Virus record (IMG/VR): IMGVR_UViG_3300027969_002497
Coordinates: 1,034 to 65,033 of that record
Reading direction: 5' to 3' (one strand)
Length of the DNA: 64,000 nucleotides
DNA from: a virus
Lineage: Duplodnaviria > Caudoviricetes
Shown: positions 27,923 to 37,490 of the stretch, piece after piece
How the letters are laid out: each line of letters opens with the position of its first letter
How positions within the stretch are numbered: position 1 is the stretch's first letter
The notes under the pieces: model-generated
What the model was told of the DNA's origin: nothing
The model's input: the letters and a program-made list of their open reading frames with translations, nothing else
The model's database searches: none
Made by a program: the position numbers and the translations under genes

Positions 27923-28243
27923 ATGGCAACAACTTTTACAACCAAAATCAAAGCGATGTACACCCTGCAACAGCCTGACCCTAACTATGTGGTCAATGCT
28001 TTGTGGGAAGTCACAGGCGTAGATGGCGCTAACACCGCCTCTATCGGTGGCAACACGCAGTTCAACTCTGCTGACCAAGAGGGTGCATTCATCCCCTACG
28101 CCAGCCTGACAGAAGCAATTGTCATTGGTTGGATTCCTGAGTCTGCTATCACAAGCGCACAGCAGTGTGTACAGGGTCAGATCGATTCAATTTTGAATCC
28201 TCCTGTCAGCCCTGCCGCACAGCCCTTGCCTTGGGCACCGTAA
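27923..28243 (+). CDS. Tail fibre-associated protein
   Basis: FIPYASLTE..VIGWI...PLPW, directly after fibre. Confidence 0.7.
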   Translation: MATTFTTKIKAMYTLQQPDPNYVVNALWEVTGVDGANTASIGGNTQFNSADQEGAFIPYASLTEAIVIGWIPESAITSAQQCVQGQIDSILNPPVSPAAQPLPWAP

Positions 28244-28293
28244 TTTAACGGGAAGCCACCACCCGATCTTGGTGGCACATTAAAGGAAACATC

Positions 28294-28524
28294 ATGGGAA
28301 ACGAAAAAAAGACCCCTGTGACAATCGACGGCGTAGAGTACAAGTTTGAAGACATGACACCCCAGCAGCAAGGCCTGTTGAATCATGTTGCCGACTTAGA
28401 CCGTAAGTTGGACTCAGCTAGATTTAACGTGGATCAGCTTGCCGTGGGCAGAGAAGCGTTCTTCAAGATGCTGAAAGAGGCGTTAGAAGTTCAGCCTGAA
28501 GTGTCTGACGTAGAGCCTAAGTAG
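28294..28524 (+). CDS. Tail fibre-associated coiled-coil protein
   Basis: VTIDGVEY..EDMT; RBS AAGGA. Confidence 0.7.
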   Translation: MGNEKKTPVTIDGVEYKFEDMTPQQQGLLNHVADLDRKLDSARFNVDQLAVGREAFFKMLKEALEVQPEVSDVEPK

Positions 28525-28539
28525 GCTTGAGGAATAGCC

Positions 28540-29199
28540 GTGTTTGGTTTCTCCAGCTTTGCCCAGACTCCCTTCGCCACGGTGGGGAGTACTGAGTTCA
28601 CCCTGACCGCCACGGAGAATTTAGTGTCTGAGGACTCTAGCGTCCAAACATCGGCTTTCCTACAATCTCTTACAGAGGCGTTTACATCAGGCGATATAAG
28701 TTCAGCGGCTGGATTGTTCTTTGTTACCCGCAATGAGAATTTCACATCAGATGACTCAAGCACGCAGACTTCATCGTTTACACAGAACCTGACTGAAAAC
28801 TCAACATTAGACGACCCAATTAGCGTCCAAGCAAACTCTACCGTTTCCTTGGCAGAAAACGTTGTTTCAGCCGATGACAACACGACCTCCTCTGCATTTT
28901 TGCAGTCAATTATTGAAAATCTGCTGGCCGAAGATTCCGCAATCATTTCAACAATCTTTATTTACTCAGTCGTTGAAAACATTACATCTGCAGACATTAT
29001 TGCCGCCCAAGCACAATTTTTAGCAAGCGTTGCCGAAAACGTTGTAATGAAGGAAAATACAGTTGTTACTGGATGGTTCAAGATACCCACGGACACCAAT
29101 GCTAATTGGACCACCATACTTGATGCGCAGTCACCTGATTGGGTGTTAATTGAAACACCACAAGCCCCGTCGTGGACTGTGATCAACAACTTTCAATAA
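28540..29199 (+). CDS. Tail-associated repeat protein
   Basis: MFGFSSFAQTPFA N-terminus, ~20-aa EN....D repeats, W-rich end. Confidence 0.7.
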   Translation: MFGFSSFAQTPFATVGSTEFTLTATENLVSEDSSVQTSAFLQSLTEAFTSGDISSAAGLFFVTRNENFTSDDSSTQTSSFTQNLTENSTLDDPISVQANSTVSLAENVVSADDNTTSSAFLQSIIENLLAEDSAIISTIFIYSVVENITSADIIAAQAQFLASVAENVVMKENTVVTGWFKIPTDTNANWTTILDAQSPDWVLIETPQAPSWTVINNFQ

Positions 29200-29216
29200 T
29201 TCCAAAGGAATACTAA

Positions 29217-30704
29217 ATGTCGAGTACCTACTCTAATCTGAAATTTGAACTGATCACGACGGGCGAACAGTCGGGCTCTTGGGGTGGAACCACCAACACC
29301 AACATTGGCACGGCCATTGAGCAAGCCATTGTGGGTATGGCTACCCTGACATCCGCAGACTTCACAACCAACGTTGCCACATTGACGTTGACCAACGCTA
29401 ACACAGCCCAGAATGCTCGGGCACTGTGCTTGGTAATTTCCGCTGCCTCACTGTCTGCCGCAGGTACTTTAAACGTACCCGCCATTCAAAAGCCTTACCT
29501 CATCATCAATAACGATTCCTTTGCCATCACGGTCAAGGTGTCTGGCCTGACAGGTGTTTCCGTACCCGCTGGCAAGCGTACAGTGGTCTACAACAACGGC
29601 ACTGACGTAGGCAATCAGATTGACTACCTTTCTACCTTGGCGCTAGGCACGGCGTTGCCAATCACCTCAGGCGGTACAGGCTCAACATCAACCACATTTG
29701 TTAATTTGGCTACCAACGTTACAGGCAACCTTCCTGTTACCAATTTAAACAGTGGCACTAGCGCCTCCTCTGGCACATTCTGGCGTGGTGATGGTGCATG
29801 GGCTACCCCGGTTGCTTCTTCTGCAATTAGCCGGGTAGACAACGGGGTAATGAATACTTATTACCTTACCAATCAAACTGCGTTTGGTAGTTACGCTACG
29901 GCCAGCAGTCAATATGTACTAGATCGCTGGATTGGGTATGCTACCAATGTGACCAGCGGAACCAATGCAACCTATATTGTAAATAGCAGCAACCAGATGG
30001 TGATTACCGCAGGTACACTAGCCGGTACATCCCCCACAATGGGACTGTCTCAGCGAATTGAATCAATTAATTGCGGCGGCCTGCAAAGTCAGTCCATTAC
30101 AATCTCGTTTGACGCCTTAGCATCAGCCAGCGTAACCGCTTCTGTTTACATAGCCTACGCCAATACTGCCAACACATTCCCAACAGTCAGCACGACTTCA
30201 GGTGTAAACCCTGTCACAGGTAGCGGTATGACAGCCATTCTGTCGCCGGTCAGTGTGAGTGTGACTACAACGCTTACTCGGTATTCTGCAACCTTTGACC
30301 TGACTAGCGCAGGCGCTAACGTATTAAAAGGCCTTGCAATTGGGATTCAAGTTCCAATTACATCTACGGGCCAGACGCTCACAATTACCAATGTACAGGT
30401 CGAAAAAGGAACCTCTGCAACGCCGTTCCAGTATCTGTTATATCAACAGGACCTGTATAACTGCAGCCGCTATTACGAAGCTATAACTGTAGCTTTGTAT
30501 AACAGTGTTGTCAGTGTGCCTTATTGGGCAGCTAAATCCCCAAAAAGAACTACACCCACTCTTACAGTTTCCGCACCATATGGCAGTGGGGCTGTGTTTT
30601 CATGGGCACAGTACACCAATCCTTCTGTTGGTTATATATATCAAACTACAGAACATTCTAGTCTTGGTGTTGTTGCCCTCGTTTTGATTAATGCCAACCT
30701 TTAA
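29217..30704 (+). CDS. Second tail fibre/receptor-binding protein
   Basis: MSSTYSNLKFELITTGEQSGSWG N-terminus; DRW...QRIE...VQVEKG..ATPF...C.RYY carbohydrate-binding-like domain. Confidence 0.75.
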   Translation: MSSTYSNLKFELITTGEQSGSWGGTTNTNIGTAIEQAIVGMATLTSADFTTNVATLTLTNANTAQNARALCLVISAASLSAAGTLNVPAIQKPYLIINNDSFAITVKVSGLTGVSVPAGKRTVVYNNGTDVGNQIDYLSTLALGTALPITSGGTGSTSTTFVNLATNVTGNLPVTNLNSGTSASSGTFWRGDGAWATPVASSAISRVDNGVMNTYYLTNQTAFGSYATASSQYVLDRWIGYATNVTSGTNATYIVNSSNQMVITAGTLAGTSPTMGLSQRIESINCGGLQSQSITISFDALASASVTASVYIAYANTANTFPTVSTTSGVNPVTGSGMTAILSPVSVSVTTTLTRYSATFDLTSAGANVLKGLAIGIQVPITSTGQTLTITNVQVEKGTSATPFQYLLYQQDLYNCSRYYEAITVALYNSVVSVPYWAAKSPKRTTPTLTVSAPYGSGAVFSWAQYTNPSVGYIYQTTEHSSLGVVALVLINANL

Positions 30705-30715
30705 TTGGAAGCCAA

Positions 30716-30886
30716 ATGGAATACCAATACAAACTGTACCGTTCACGTCCTACCGGCAACATTGACTACGTTCTTCTGATTCAAGGTAGTGAAATCTCGT
30801 CTATTCCTATGGATGCAGACAACATGGATTACCGAGCTTATTTAGACTGGGTAGCTAAGGGCAATCAGCCTTTACCAGCCGATTAA
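30716..30886 (+). CDS. Tail fibre chaperone-like small protein
   Basis: Manual translation ...IPMDADNMDYRAYLDWVAKGNQPLPAD. Confidence 0.65.
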   Translation: MEYQYKLYRSRPTGNIDYVLLIQGSEISSIPMDADNMDYRAYLDWVAKGNQPLPAD

Positions 30887-30898
30887 TTGTGCACATGA

Positions 30899-31045
30899 AT
30901 GCGCTGGTTTTTGCTATCACTGGTTCTCTTTCTAGAGGGGGCCACGACAAAAACTGAGTATCGCTGTGTGCGTTGGACATGGACAGGTGATGTTTTCAAC
31001 CGCAAGGTTGTTTGCCTAGAGTGGCGGAAAGTGGAGCATAAGTAA
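30899..31045 (+). CDS. Small secreted/membrane protein
   Basis: Manual translation MRWFLLSLVLFL...YRCVRWTWTGDVFNRKVVCLEW. Confidence 0.55.
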   Translation: MRWFLLSLVLFLEGATTKTEYRCVRWTWTGDVFNRKVVCLEWRKVEHK

Positions 31046-31536
31046 TGGATCCGGTTACGGCTCTTGAAGGCCTGCAAAGCGCAATAGGACTAGTTCGCAA
31101 GGCCGCTAAGGTAGCTAACGATCTAGGTGGTTTAGCGCCCATGATTGGGAAGCTCTTTGATGCAAAGAGCCAAGCCACCAAAGCGATGGTTGAAGCCAAG
31201 CGGTCTGGCAATAAGTCTAATTTTGCTTTAGCAATGCAGATTGAGACAAGTCTGATGCAGACGGCTAAGTTGGAAGCCGAGCTTCAACTGCTCTACATGC
31301 AGACTGGCAACATAGATGTTTGGAACAAAATCAAGGCTAGGGCCGCTGAAATGGACAGGGACGATGCGGTAGCGGTGCGCAAGGCCAAGGAAGAAGAGAA
31401 ACGCCAGCAGGAGGCCCAGCAAGAGCAGATGGAATGGGCAGTTGCCATTGTTATTATTGTGATGCTCGTTGGCGCAGTTGGTTGGGGGGTCACTGAGATT
31501 TCTGACCTGTGCGCTAGATCAAGGTGTGGTCGGTGA
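31045..31536 (+). CDS. Coiled-coil protein with C-terminal TM helix
   Basis: MDPVTA..., hydrophobic WAVAIVIIVMLVGAVGW. Confidence 0.7.
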   Translation: MDPVTALEGLQSAIGLVRKAAKVANDLGGLAPMIGKLFDAKSQATKAMVEAKRSGNKSNFALAMQIETSLMQTAKLEAELQLLYMQTGNIDVWNKIKARAAEMDRDDAVAVRKAKEEEKRQQEAQQEQMEWAVAIVIIVMLVGAVGWGVTEISDLCARSRCGR

Positions 31537-31682
31537 ATGAGTACCAAGAACAATTTGATATGTTTCTCAAAGTCTTTGTCAGGCTTTGCATCGCGTGGTG
31601 GGTGCTTGGCTTGCTGAGGTTCCTACCTGATTCTTTGGCAGACAAAATTGTAAATAAACTACTTGGAATGATTGGCCTATGA
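31533..31682 (+). CDS. Small membrane protein
   Basis: Manual translation from GTG, coupled to both neighbours. Confidence 0.5.
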   Translation: MNEYQEQFDMFLKVFVRLCIAWWVLGLLRFLPDSLADKIVNKLLGMIGL

Positions 31683-32290
31683 GTGATGAGAAGCCAGCAG
31701 ATGTACTAAGCAAGGTGCTGTCCTATGTTGACAGCCCGTTTAAACTGTTTGCTTTGTTGATCATGGCGGTGTTTGCGTTTTCTGGGTACTTTGTTTGGCA
31801 GAACCAAGAGTTATTGATGGGTGCTTACAAAGAATCAAAGAAAATGCCAAGCATTGTTGAGGACAGGGTAGAAGACGCTGCCGCCCACTTGCTAAAAACT
31901 ACTAACGCAACCATTGTGGCTGTGTTTAAAGTAAACCCCATGTTTGGAACCAGAGTGCTTTACCGCGCTTACACCAAAGAGGGTAGGGACAAAATTAATG
32001 ATGGGTTAGATGTCGGCTTGTTTACACAGAACGCAGGTAACAATGCAGATGTGGTCAAGCTGATGGCTGGCGAAATACCTTGTGGGGAATACAGAGCCGC
32101 GCAATCCGAAATGGGCTTGTGGTATATCGCCAAGGGCGTGAGCTACACCTGTCGAATCAGCATCCCACCTGACCCAAACAGATTTGTAGGCCAGATTACG
32201 GTGGGGTGGGATAATGAGCCTACCGACATTCAAGTGGCAAGAACCATGATGGAAATTGCAGCAACCATGTTAAGTAAAAGCAAACAGTAA
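31679..32290 (+). CDS. Membrane-anchored protein in lysis module (possible antiholin/holin-like)
   Basis: One N-terminal TM helix followed by a soluble domain with a Cys pair. Confidence 0.55.
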   Translation: MSDEKPADVLSKVLSYVDSPFKLFALLIMAVFAFSGYFVWQNQELLMGAYKESKKMPSIVEDRVEDAAAHLLKTTNATIVAVFKVNPMFGTRVLYRAYTKEGRDKINDGLDVGLFTQNAGNNADVVKLMAGEIPCGEYRAAQSEMGLWYIAKGVSYTCRISIPPDPNRFVGQITVGWDNEPTDIQVARTMMEIAATMLSKSKQ

Positions 32291-32299
32291 AGGATCGCT

Positions 32300-32815
32300 A
32301 TGCTGACACTACTATCTACCCTTATATCGTTCCTAATGGGCGGATTGCCTAAGCTTCTTGAATTCTTCCAAGACCGGTCTGATAAAAAGCATGAGCTAAA
32401 CCTTGCCCAGATGCAGATCATCCGTGAGCTAGAACTGCGTAAAGCAGGCTTTGAAGCTCAGGAACGCATTGAACACATCAAGTCAGAGCAGTTGGAAACC
32501 GAAAGCGCAGCTAACACCACGCAAGTTTTGATTGGTGCGCAGCAAGCTGAGATGCAGGCAATCTACGCTCACGACACAAGTTTAAACGAGGGTACATCTA
32601 CTTGGATGAAGAACCTACGCGCCAGCGTTCGGCCAGTCATTACCTACGGCTTCTTCTTTCTGTTGTTGTTTATAGATATGGGTCTGTTTGCCTACGGCTG
32701 GAACCGTGGCGTACCGTTCACAGAATTGGCTGAGATGTTGTGGGACTCAGAAACTCAAGCTTTGTTTGCATCAATAATTGCTTTCCACTTCGGTGGCAGA
32801 GCATTTGGCAAATGA
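32300..32815 (+). CDS. Holin-like protein
   Basis: RASVRPVITY, TM segments, FHFGGRAF end; directly upstream of lysozyme. Confidence 0.6.
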   Translation: MLTLLSTLISFLMGGLPKLLEFFQDRSDKKHELNLAQMQIIRELELRKAGFEAQERIEHIKSEQLETESAANTTQVLIGAQQAEMQAIYAHDTSLNEGTSTWMKNLRASVRPVITYGFFFLLLFIDMGLFAYGWNRGVPFTELAEMLWDSETQALFASIIAFHFGGRAFGK

Positions 32816-33288
32816 AAATCTCAGACAAGTGTTTACACATGATTCGCCACCATGAGGGGGTGAGGGTAAACCCGTATAAATGCCCAGCAAAGCTTTGGAC
32901 TGTGGGTGTCGGCCACGTCATGTTTCCAGAGCAAGGTAAGTTAAAAATAGACCAGCGGGATGCGTTTACACCACCCGTAGAGGCAATGCGTAAACACAGT
33001 ATGGAGGAAGTCGATGCGATACTTAGGGCAGACCTTGCTCGCTTTGAGAAAGGCGTGGCTACTTATTGTCCTGTGCCTCTTACTCAAGGACAGTTTGATG
33101 CGTTGGTATCATTTTCCTTCAATGTGGGGCTAGGCACATTACAGCGTTCAACCATGCGTCAGAAGGTACTGCGTGGTGACATGGAGGGGGCCGCAGAAGA
33201 ACTGCTCAAATACTGCATGGCAGGGGGTAAAATTCTCAAAGGGCTACAGAATCGTCGGATTGACGAGCGTGCCGTGTTTCTATCTTAG
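32812..33288 (+). CDS. Endolysin, GH24 phage lysozyme
   Basis: HEG.R..PYKCPA..WTVGVGH, QFDALVSF.FNVG, GL..RR..E. Confidence 0.92.
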   Translation: MKISDKCLHMIRHHEGVRVNPYKCPAKLWTVGVGHVMFPEQGKLKIDQRDAFTPPVEAMRKHSMEEVDAILRADLARFEKGVATYCPVPLTQGQFDALVSFSFNVGLGTLQRSTMRQKVLRGDMEGAAEELLKYCMAGGKILKGLQNRRIDERAVFLS

Positions 33289-33971
33289 GAAGATTTACGC
33301 TTGGCCCAATATTCTTTCTTAGCTGCTGATTGTTTTGCACGGTGTTCTGGGGTATCCCATAGCGCCCGCTTCGCTTTGTACTCTGGGGAGTACATGGTAG
33401 CTTTCAACCGTGCTTTGCGCTGGGCAAGTGCTTCTGGGTCGCGCATTTTTTCAGCGCGTTTAGGTTGGGCGGCTTGGATGCCAGCAATGCGTTTAGCGTC
33501 AAACTCAGGGTCGCCGTTGCGTTCTGACCAGCCCTTCATTGCGGGATTTTTTGCTAAGTTAGTTCGTAAAACTTCCTTTGTGCTCTCCGGTAAATTGCGA
33601 CTTAGGCCAACTCTAGGAGCAATGGTTTTTTCTCGGTGCTCTGGATCAGACCATAGCGCTTTTAACTTTTGTTTGGTTTCTGATTTAGTTTCGTGGAACT
33701 CACCGCCTTTAGATCTATTGGTAAGCGTGCCCGTACCATTTGAGACCTGTCCGTATTTTGCAATTAGTGATTGCTCCAAGAGTTGCGCTGCGGTAACATC
33801 CTGAACTGTATGAAGCTCAATAATTACATTGTCAGCACCAAGTTCTTGCACAATTTGTTTGCAGGCTGTATTGCGATGCCCAAGGCTTTTTGGGTTTGGT
33901 CTACGGACATTTTTACCCATGCCAACATAGAACGGTATTCCATCGGGCGTCTTCCAAACATAAACGTACAT
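33285..33971 (-). CDS. GIY-YIG homing endonuclease (antisense within the late operon)
   Basis: MYVYVW..PDG.PFYVGMG..R, LEQSLI..YG, LTN.SKGGE; RBS AAGGAG. Confidence 0.8.
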   Translation of the reverse strand: MYVYVWKTPDGIPFYVGMGKNVRRPNPKSLGHRNTACKQIVQELGADNVIIELHTVQDVTAAQLLEQSLIAKYGQVSNGTGTLTNRSKGGEFHETKSETKQKLKALWSDPEHREKTIAPRVGLSRNLPESTKEVLRTNLAKNPAMKGWSERNGDPEFDAKRIAGIQAAQPKRAEKMRDPEALAQRKARLKATMYSPEYKAKRALWDTPEHRAKQSAAKKEYWAKRKSS

Positions 33972-34003
33972 AGTGTTCTCCTTGTAGAAAATGGAAATAT
34001 ACC

Positions 34004-35881
34004 ATGCCGTTAAAAAAGTTGCAATTAAAAAGTGGCGTGAATCGCGAAAACACTCGCTACACCAATGAAAACGGATACTATGTTTCTGACAAGGTGCGTT
34101 TTCGTCAGGGTACGCCCGAGAAAATTGGTGGTTGGACACGTCTTTCATCCAACTATTTTCTGGGTGTTTGCCGTTCCTTATGGAATTGGGTAACGTTAGG
34201 GGGCGCTAACTACCTAGGAGTGGGCACTAACTTAAAGTTTTACATTGAGTATGGCGGTGCTTATTACGACATTACACCCTTGCGTGTAGTCCCAGCCCCA
34301 ACCATCAACAACAACCCATTTGCAGGCAATGGCACAACCACGGTGACTGTGACTGATACCGCTCATGGTGGGCTGACCGGCGACTTTGTAACGTTCAGTG
34401 GTGCTACGGGCACTTACGCTTCCACATTTAACGCTGAGTATCAAATTACTGTTTTAACAGTAGATACGTACACGATTACTACTTCTACTGCGATTGCGGC
34501 AGGAACCTATGGCGGTGCATCGGTTGTAGCTGCATATCAAATCAATATTGGTGCAGCGTATGAGCAGGTCAACCTTGGGTGGGGTTCTGGTGCTTGGGGT
34601 GCTGGGCCGTGGGGTACTGGCGGGGGTGCATCTATTATTCCAATCCGCTTGTGGTCTCAAGCCAACTTTGGTGAAAACTTGATATTTGGCTATCGCGGTG
34701 GCCCTATATATTACTGGGACAACAGCACCGGCCTTGGAACCCGTGGTGTTTTGGTGTCCAGTTTGCCAAGTGCATCTGATGTACCGCTAATGCAGAACTT
34801 CGTTTTGGTGTCTGACGCTTCACGGTTTGTGTTTGCGTTTGGTGTAAATGACTATGGTGGATCTACGCAAAATCCTATGCTTGTGCGTTGGTCTGCGCAA
34901 GAAAGTGTAGTTAACTGGACACCTGCCGCAACCAATCAGGCAGGTAGTGTTTTGTTATCACATGGCTCCAAAATTGTGACAGCCATTCAGACCCGTCAAG
35001 AGATTGTCGTGTTTACTGATTCTTCTGTGTATTCATTGCAATACCAAGGACTCCCGGTCGTTTGGAGTTCCCAGTTATTGGGTGACAACATTTCAATTGC
35101 CAGCCCTAATGCCGCCGCCCTTGCATCCAGCGTTGTGTATTGGATGGGGGTAGATAAATTCTACAAATACGATGGCCGCGTACAAACGCTGCGTTGCGAC
35201 TTACGTAAATTCATTTTCAATGATATTAATTTAGATCAAAGCGATCAGTTCTTTGCCAGCACCAATGAAGGTTTTAATGAAGTTTGGTTCTTCTATTGCT
35301 CCGCTAATGCCACGGAAATTGACCGATATGCGGTCTATAACTATTTTGAGAACAACGGCGAAGGCGTATGGTATTACGGCACTATGGCTAGAACCGCATG
35401 GCTTGACTCAGGCCTGCGTGCCCACCCAATGGCCGCTACCGCAAGCAACAACATCGTCTACCATGAACTTGGAAACGATGACAATACAACAGCAACATCA
35501 TTGCCAATCAGCTCGTTAATTGAGACAGCTGAATTTGACATTGATGACGGCGACCACTTTGGGTTTGTATGGCGCATTTTGCCGGACATCACATTTGATG
35601 GATCCGATAGCGGTACAACACCGCAAGTAACCATGACGTTGATTCCAATGCAGAACTCAGGTTCCGGCTACAACGACCCTATTTCATTGGGTGGCAATAG
35701 CAATGCAACTATTGTGCGTACAGCGACTGCGCCTATTGAGGAGTTTACCGGGCAGGTTTATGTCAGGGTGCGTGGCCGTCAAATGATTATGAAGATTGAG
35801 AACAACCAATTAGGCTGTGCTTGGCAGTTGGGTAGCCCACGTATTGACATCAGACAAGATGGCCGCAGGGGCAACTCATGA
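34004..35881 (+). CDS. Tail nozzle/DNA stabilisation protein (P22 gp10-like)
   Basis: VRFR.G.PEKIGGW, VRWS.QE...W, NEVWFFY, RVRGRQ, DGRR end. Confidence 0.75.
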   Translation: MPLKKLQLKSGVNRENTRYTNENGYYVSDKVRFRQGTPEKIGGWTRLSSNYFLGVCRSLWNWVTLGGANYLGVGTNLKFYIEYGGAYYDITPLRVVPAPTINNNPFAGNGTTTVTVTDTAHGGLTGDFVTFSGATGTYASTFNAEYQITVLTVDTYTITTSTAIAAGTYGGASVVAAYQINIGAAYEQVNLGWGSGAWGAGPWGTGGGASIIPIRLWSQANFGENLIFGYRGGPIYYWDNSTGLGTRGVLVSSLPSASDVPLMQNFVLVSDASRFVFAFGVNDYGGSTQNPMLVRWSAQESVVNWTPAATNQAGSVLLSHGSKIVTAIQTRQEIVVFTDSSVYSLQYQGLPVVWSSQLLGDNISIASPNAAALASSVVYWMGVDKFYKYDGRVQTLRCDLRKFIFNDINLDQSDQFFASTNEGFNEVWFFYCSANATEIDRYAVYNYFENNGEGVWYYGTMARTAWLDSGLRAHPMAATASNNIVYHELGNDDNTTATSLPISSLIETAEFDIDDGDHFGFVWRILPDITFDGSDSGTTPQVTMTLIPMQNSGSGYNDPISLGGNSNATIVRTATAPIEEFTGQVYVRVRGRQMIMKIENNQLGCAWQLGSPRIDIRQDGRRGNS

Positions 35882-36219
35882 TTGTTAAATCAGAATACGA
35901 ACTTGGTCAGGTGGCATCACCTAACTTGCCGTTGGCGACTGAAATCTATTCGCGTACGTACCAAGACCAACTTAACAACGTACTGCGTTTATATTTCAAC
36001 AGGGTCGATGCCATCTTAGATCAGTTAAAAACTGATCAAATCATTCCACCCTTAACCAATTACACCGTAGCAACGTTGCCAAGCGCTGTAACCTCTGGAA
36101 AGGGCGCAAGGTCTTTCGTAACAGATGCATTGCTTCCAACATTTGGCTCGACTGTAGCTGGCGCTGGTGCAGTGGCTACGCCCGTATACTCTGATGGCAC
36201 AAATTGGAAAGTTGGTTGA
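35878..36219 (+). CDS. Tail-associated protein
   Basis: NVLRLYFN, PVYSDGTNW. Confidence 0.7.
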   Translation: MIVKSEYELGQVASPNLPLATEIYSRTYQDQLNNVLRLYFNRVDAILDQLKTDQIIPPLTNYTVATLPSAVTSGKGARSFVTDALLPTFGSTVAGAGAVATPVYSDGTNWKVG

Positions 36220-36220
36220 C

Positions 36221-37489
36221 ATGCAACAAAGTAATAACTTTAACAGTGCGTTAGAAAATATTATGGGCCCGCCAGCCAAAATTCCTGAGGCTAAACCTGA
36301 CTATACGCAAGCCCTAATCAATCAAATATTAGGTCAAAACACAAGCTCTAAATGGACAGGCCAAGGCCACGGCTCAGCGCAAGCTAACGCCGCTGACATG
36401 GCAAAGATTTTGTCAGGCATTGGCATTAGTGATGTTAAGCAGTTTGGTAAAGTTGTTAAAAAAGACGTGCCAACGGAGGTTCGTCCAGATGGAAGAGGCG
36501 GGTTTGTCAACCCCCAAACTGGTAAGGCTGTTGACCCAAGTCTGGTGACATCAACCTCAATGTCTGGCGAGGCTGGCGATTCAATGATGTATACAGCCCC
36601 CGTTGGCACTCAAGAAGGCTGGGGCAACAAACTGACTGGTGAGTTTGTACCTAATACATATAGTGAGCGTCAAACAGGCAATTTCTTTGGCGGAACATTT
36701 GCCGGTAAAGGCAACACTGGATATGGAGTGCAGTTAGATGCGCAGGGCAACCCTATGTTTTACACGCAGGGTGCATCTTCTAATGACCTTGTTAATATGT
36801 TTAAAGATAATCCCCTCCTAGGCACAATTGCGCAGGCTGGAGCGGCTTACTTTGGCGGTCCGGCAGGTACGGCTGCATTAGCGGCTGCCATGGGTAAAAA
36901 GCCAGTGGATATTCTGAAATCTGCGGCTCTTTCTTATGCTGGCGGCCAAGCCGCAAATGCAGTCTCGGGCATGGAAGGTATAAACAATATATTGGGTAAA
37001 ACAGGCACTAACATTGCTGCAAATACAGCTAGGCAAATAGTTGGCAGTGGCGGCAAAGTAGATCCTGTCCAAGCGTTGCTCGGGAGTGCCATTAACACTG
37101 GGGTAGATAATTTAACATCAGGAATGTTTAGTGAGGATGGATTTGTGCCAAAAGCCCTGCAAGGCGTTGTTGGTAGCGCAGCTAGGGCAGCCCTCAATAA
37201 ACAACCTATCAATCAGGCAATTGTTGGCGCTCTTGCAAATCAAGCATTTAGTGCCAACGATCAAACATCCGGTTCGCCAGTTGGAAATCAAAACGTGGCA
37301 GCAACTGATAATACGTTTAAACCTACGCAATTGGCGGCAGCACCTGTTCAAAGTGATACTAGCCCGATACAATTAATGACAGATATTTTTGGAACCGATA
37401 TTGCAAAAGCGCAGAAGACTGGCGCTCGTACTTATGGTTTTTCCGGTGGTGGCGATATTGATGAGCTACTGCAACTTTTAAGGAGCTAA
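36221..37489 (+). CDS. Putative internal virion/ejection protein
   Basis: G/A-rich, hydrophobic AYFGGPAG segment, ends FSGGGDI. Confidence 0.6.
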   Translation: MQQSNNFNSALENIMGPPAKIPEAKPDYTQALINQILGQNTSSKWTGQGHGSAQANAADMAKILSGIGISDVKQFGKVVKKDVPTEVRPDGRGGFVNPQTGKAVDPSLVTSTSMSGEAGDSMMYTAPVGTQEGWGNKLTGEFVPNTYSERQTGNFFGGTFAGKGNTGYGVQLDAQGNPMFYTQGASSNDLVNMFKDNPLLGTIAQAGAAYFGGPAGTAALAAAMGKKPVDILKSAALSYAGGQAANAVSGMEGINNILGKTGTNIAANTARQIVGSGGKVDPVQALLGSAINTGVDNLTSGMFSEDGFVPKALQGVVGSAARAALNKQPINQAIVGALANQAFSANDQTSGSPVGNQNVAATDNTFKPTQLAAAPVQSDTSPIQLMTDIFGTDIAKAQKTGARTYGFSGGGDIDELLQLLRS

Positions 37490-37490
37490 C

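Noticed and set aside
22314-30704. Diversity-generating retroelement acting on tail fibres
   Set aside because: No reverse transcriptase and no adenine-specific TR/VR pair were seen; the repeats are ordinary coding repeats.
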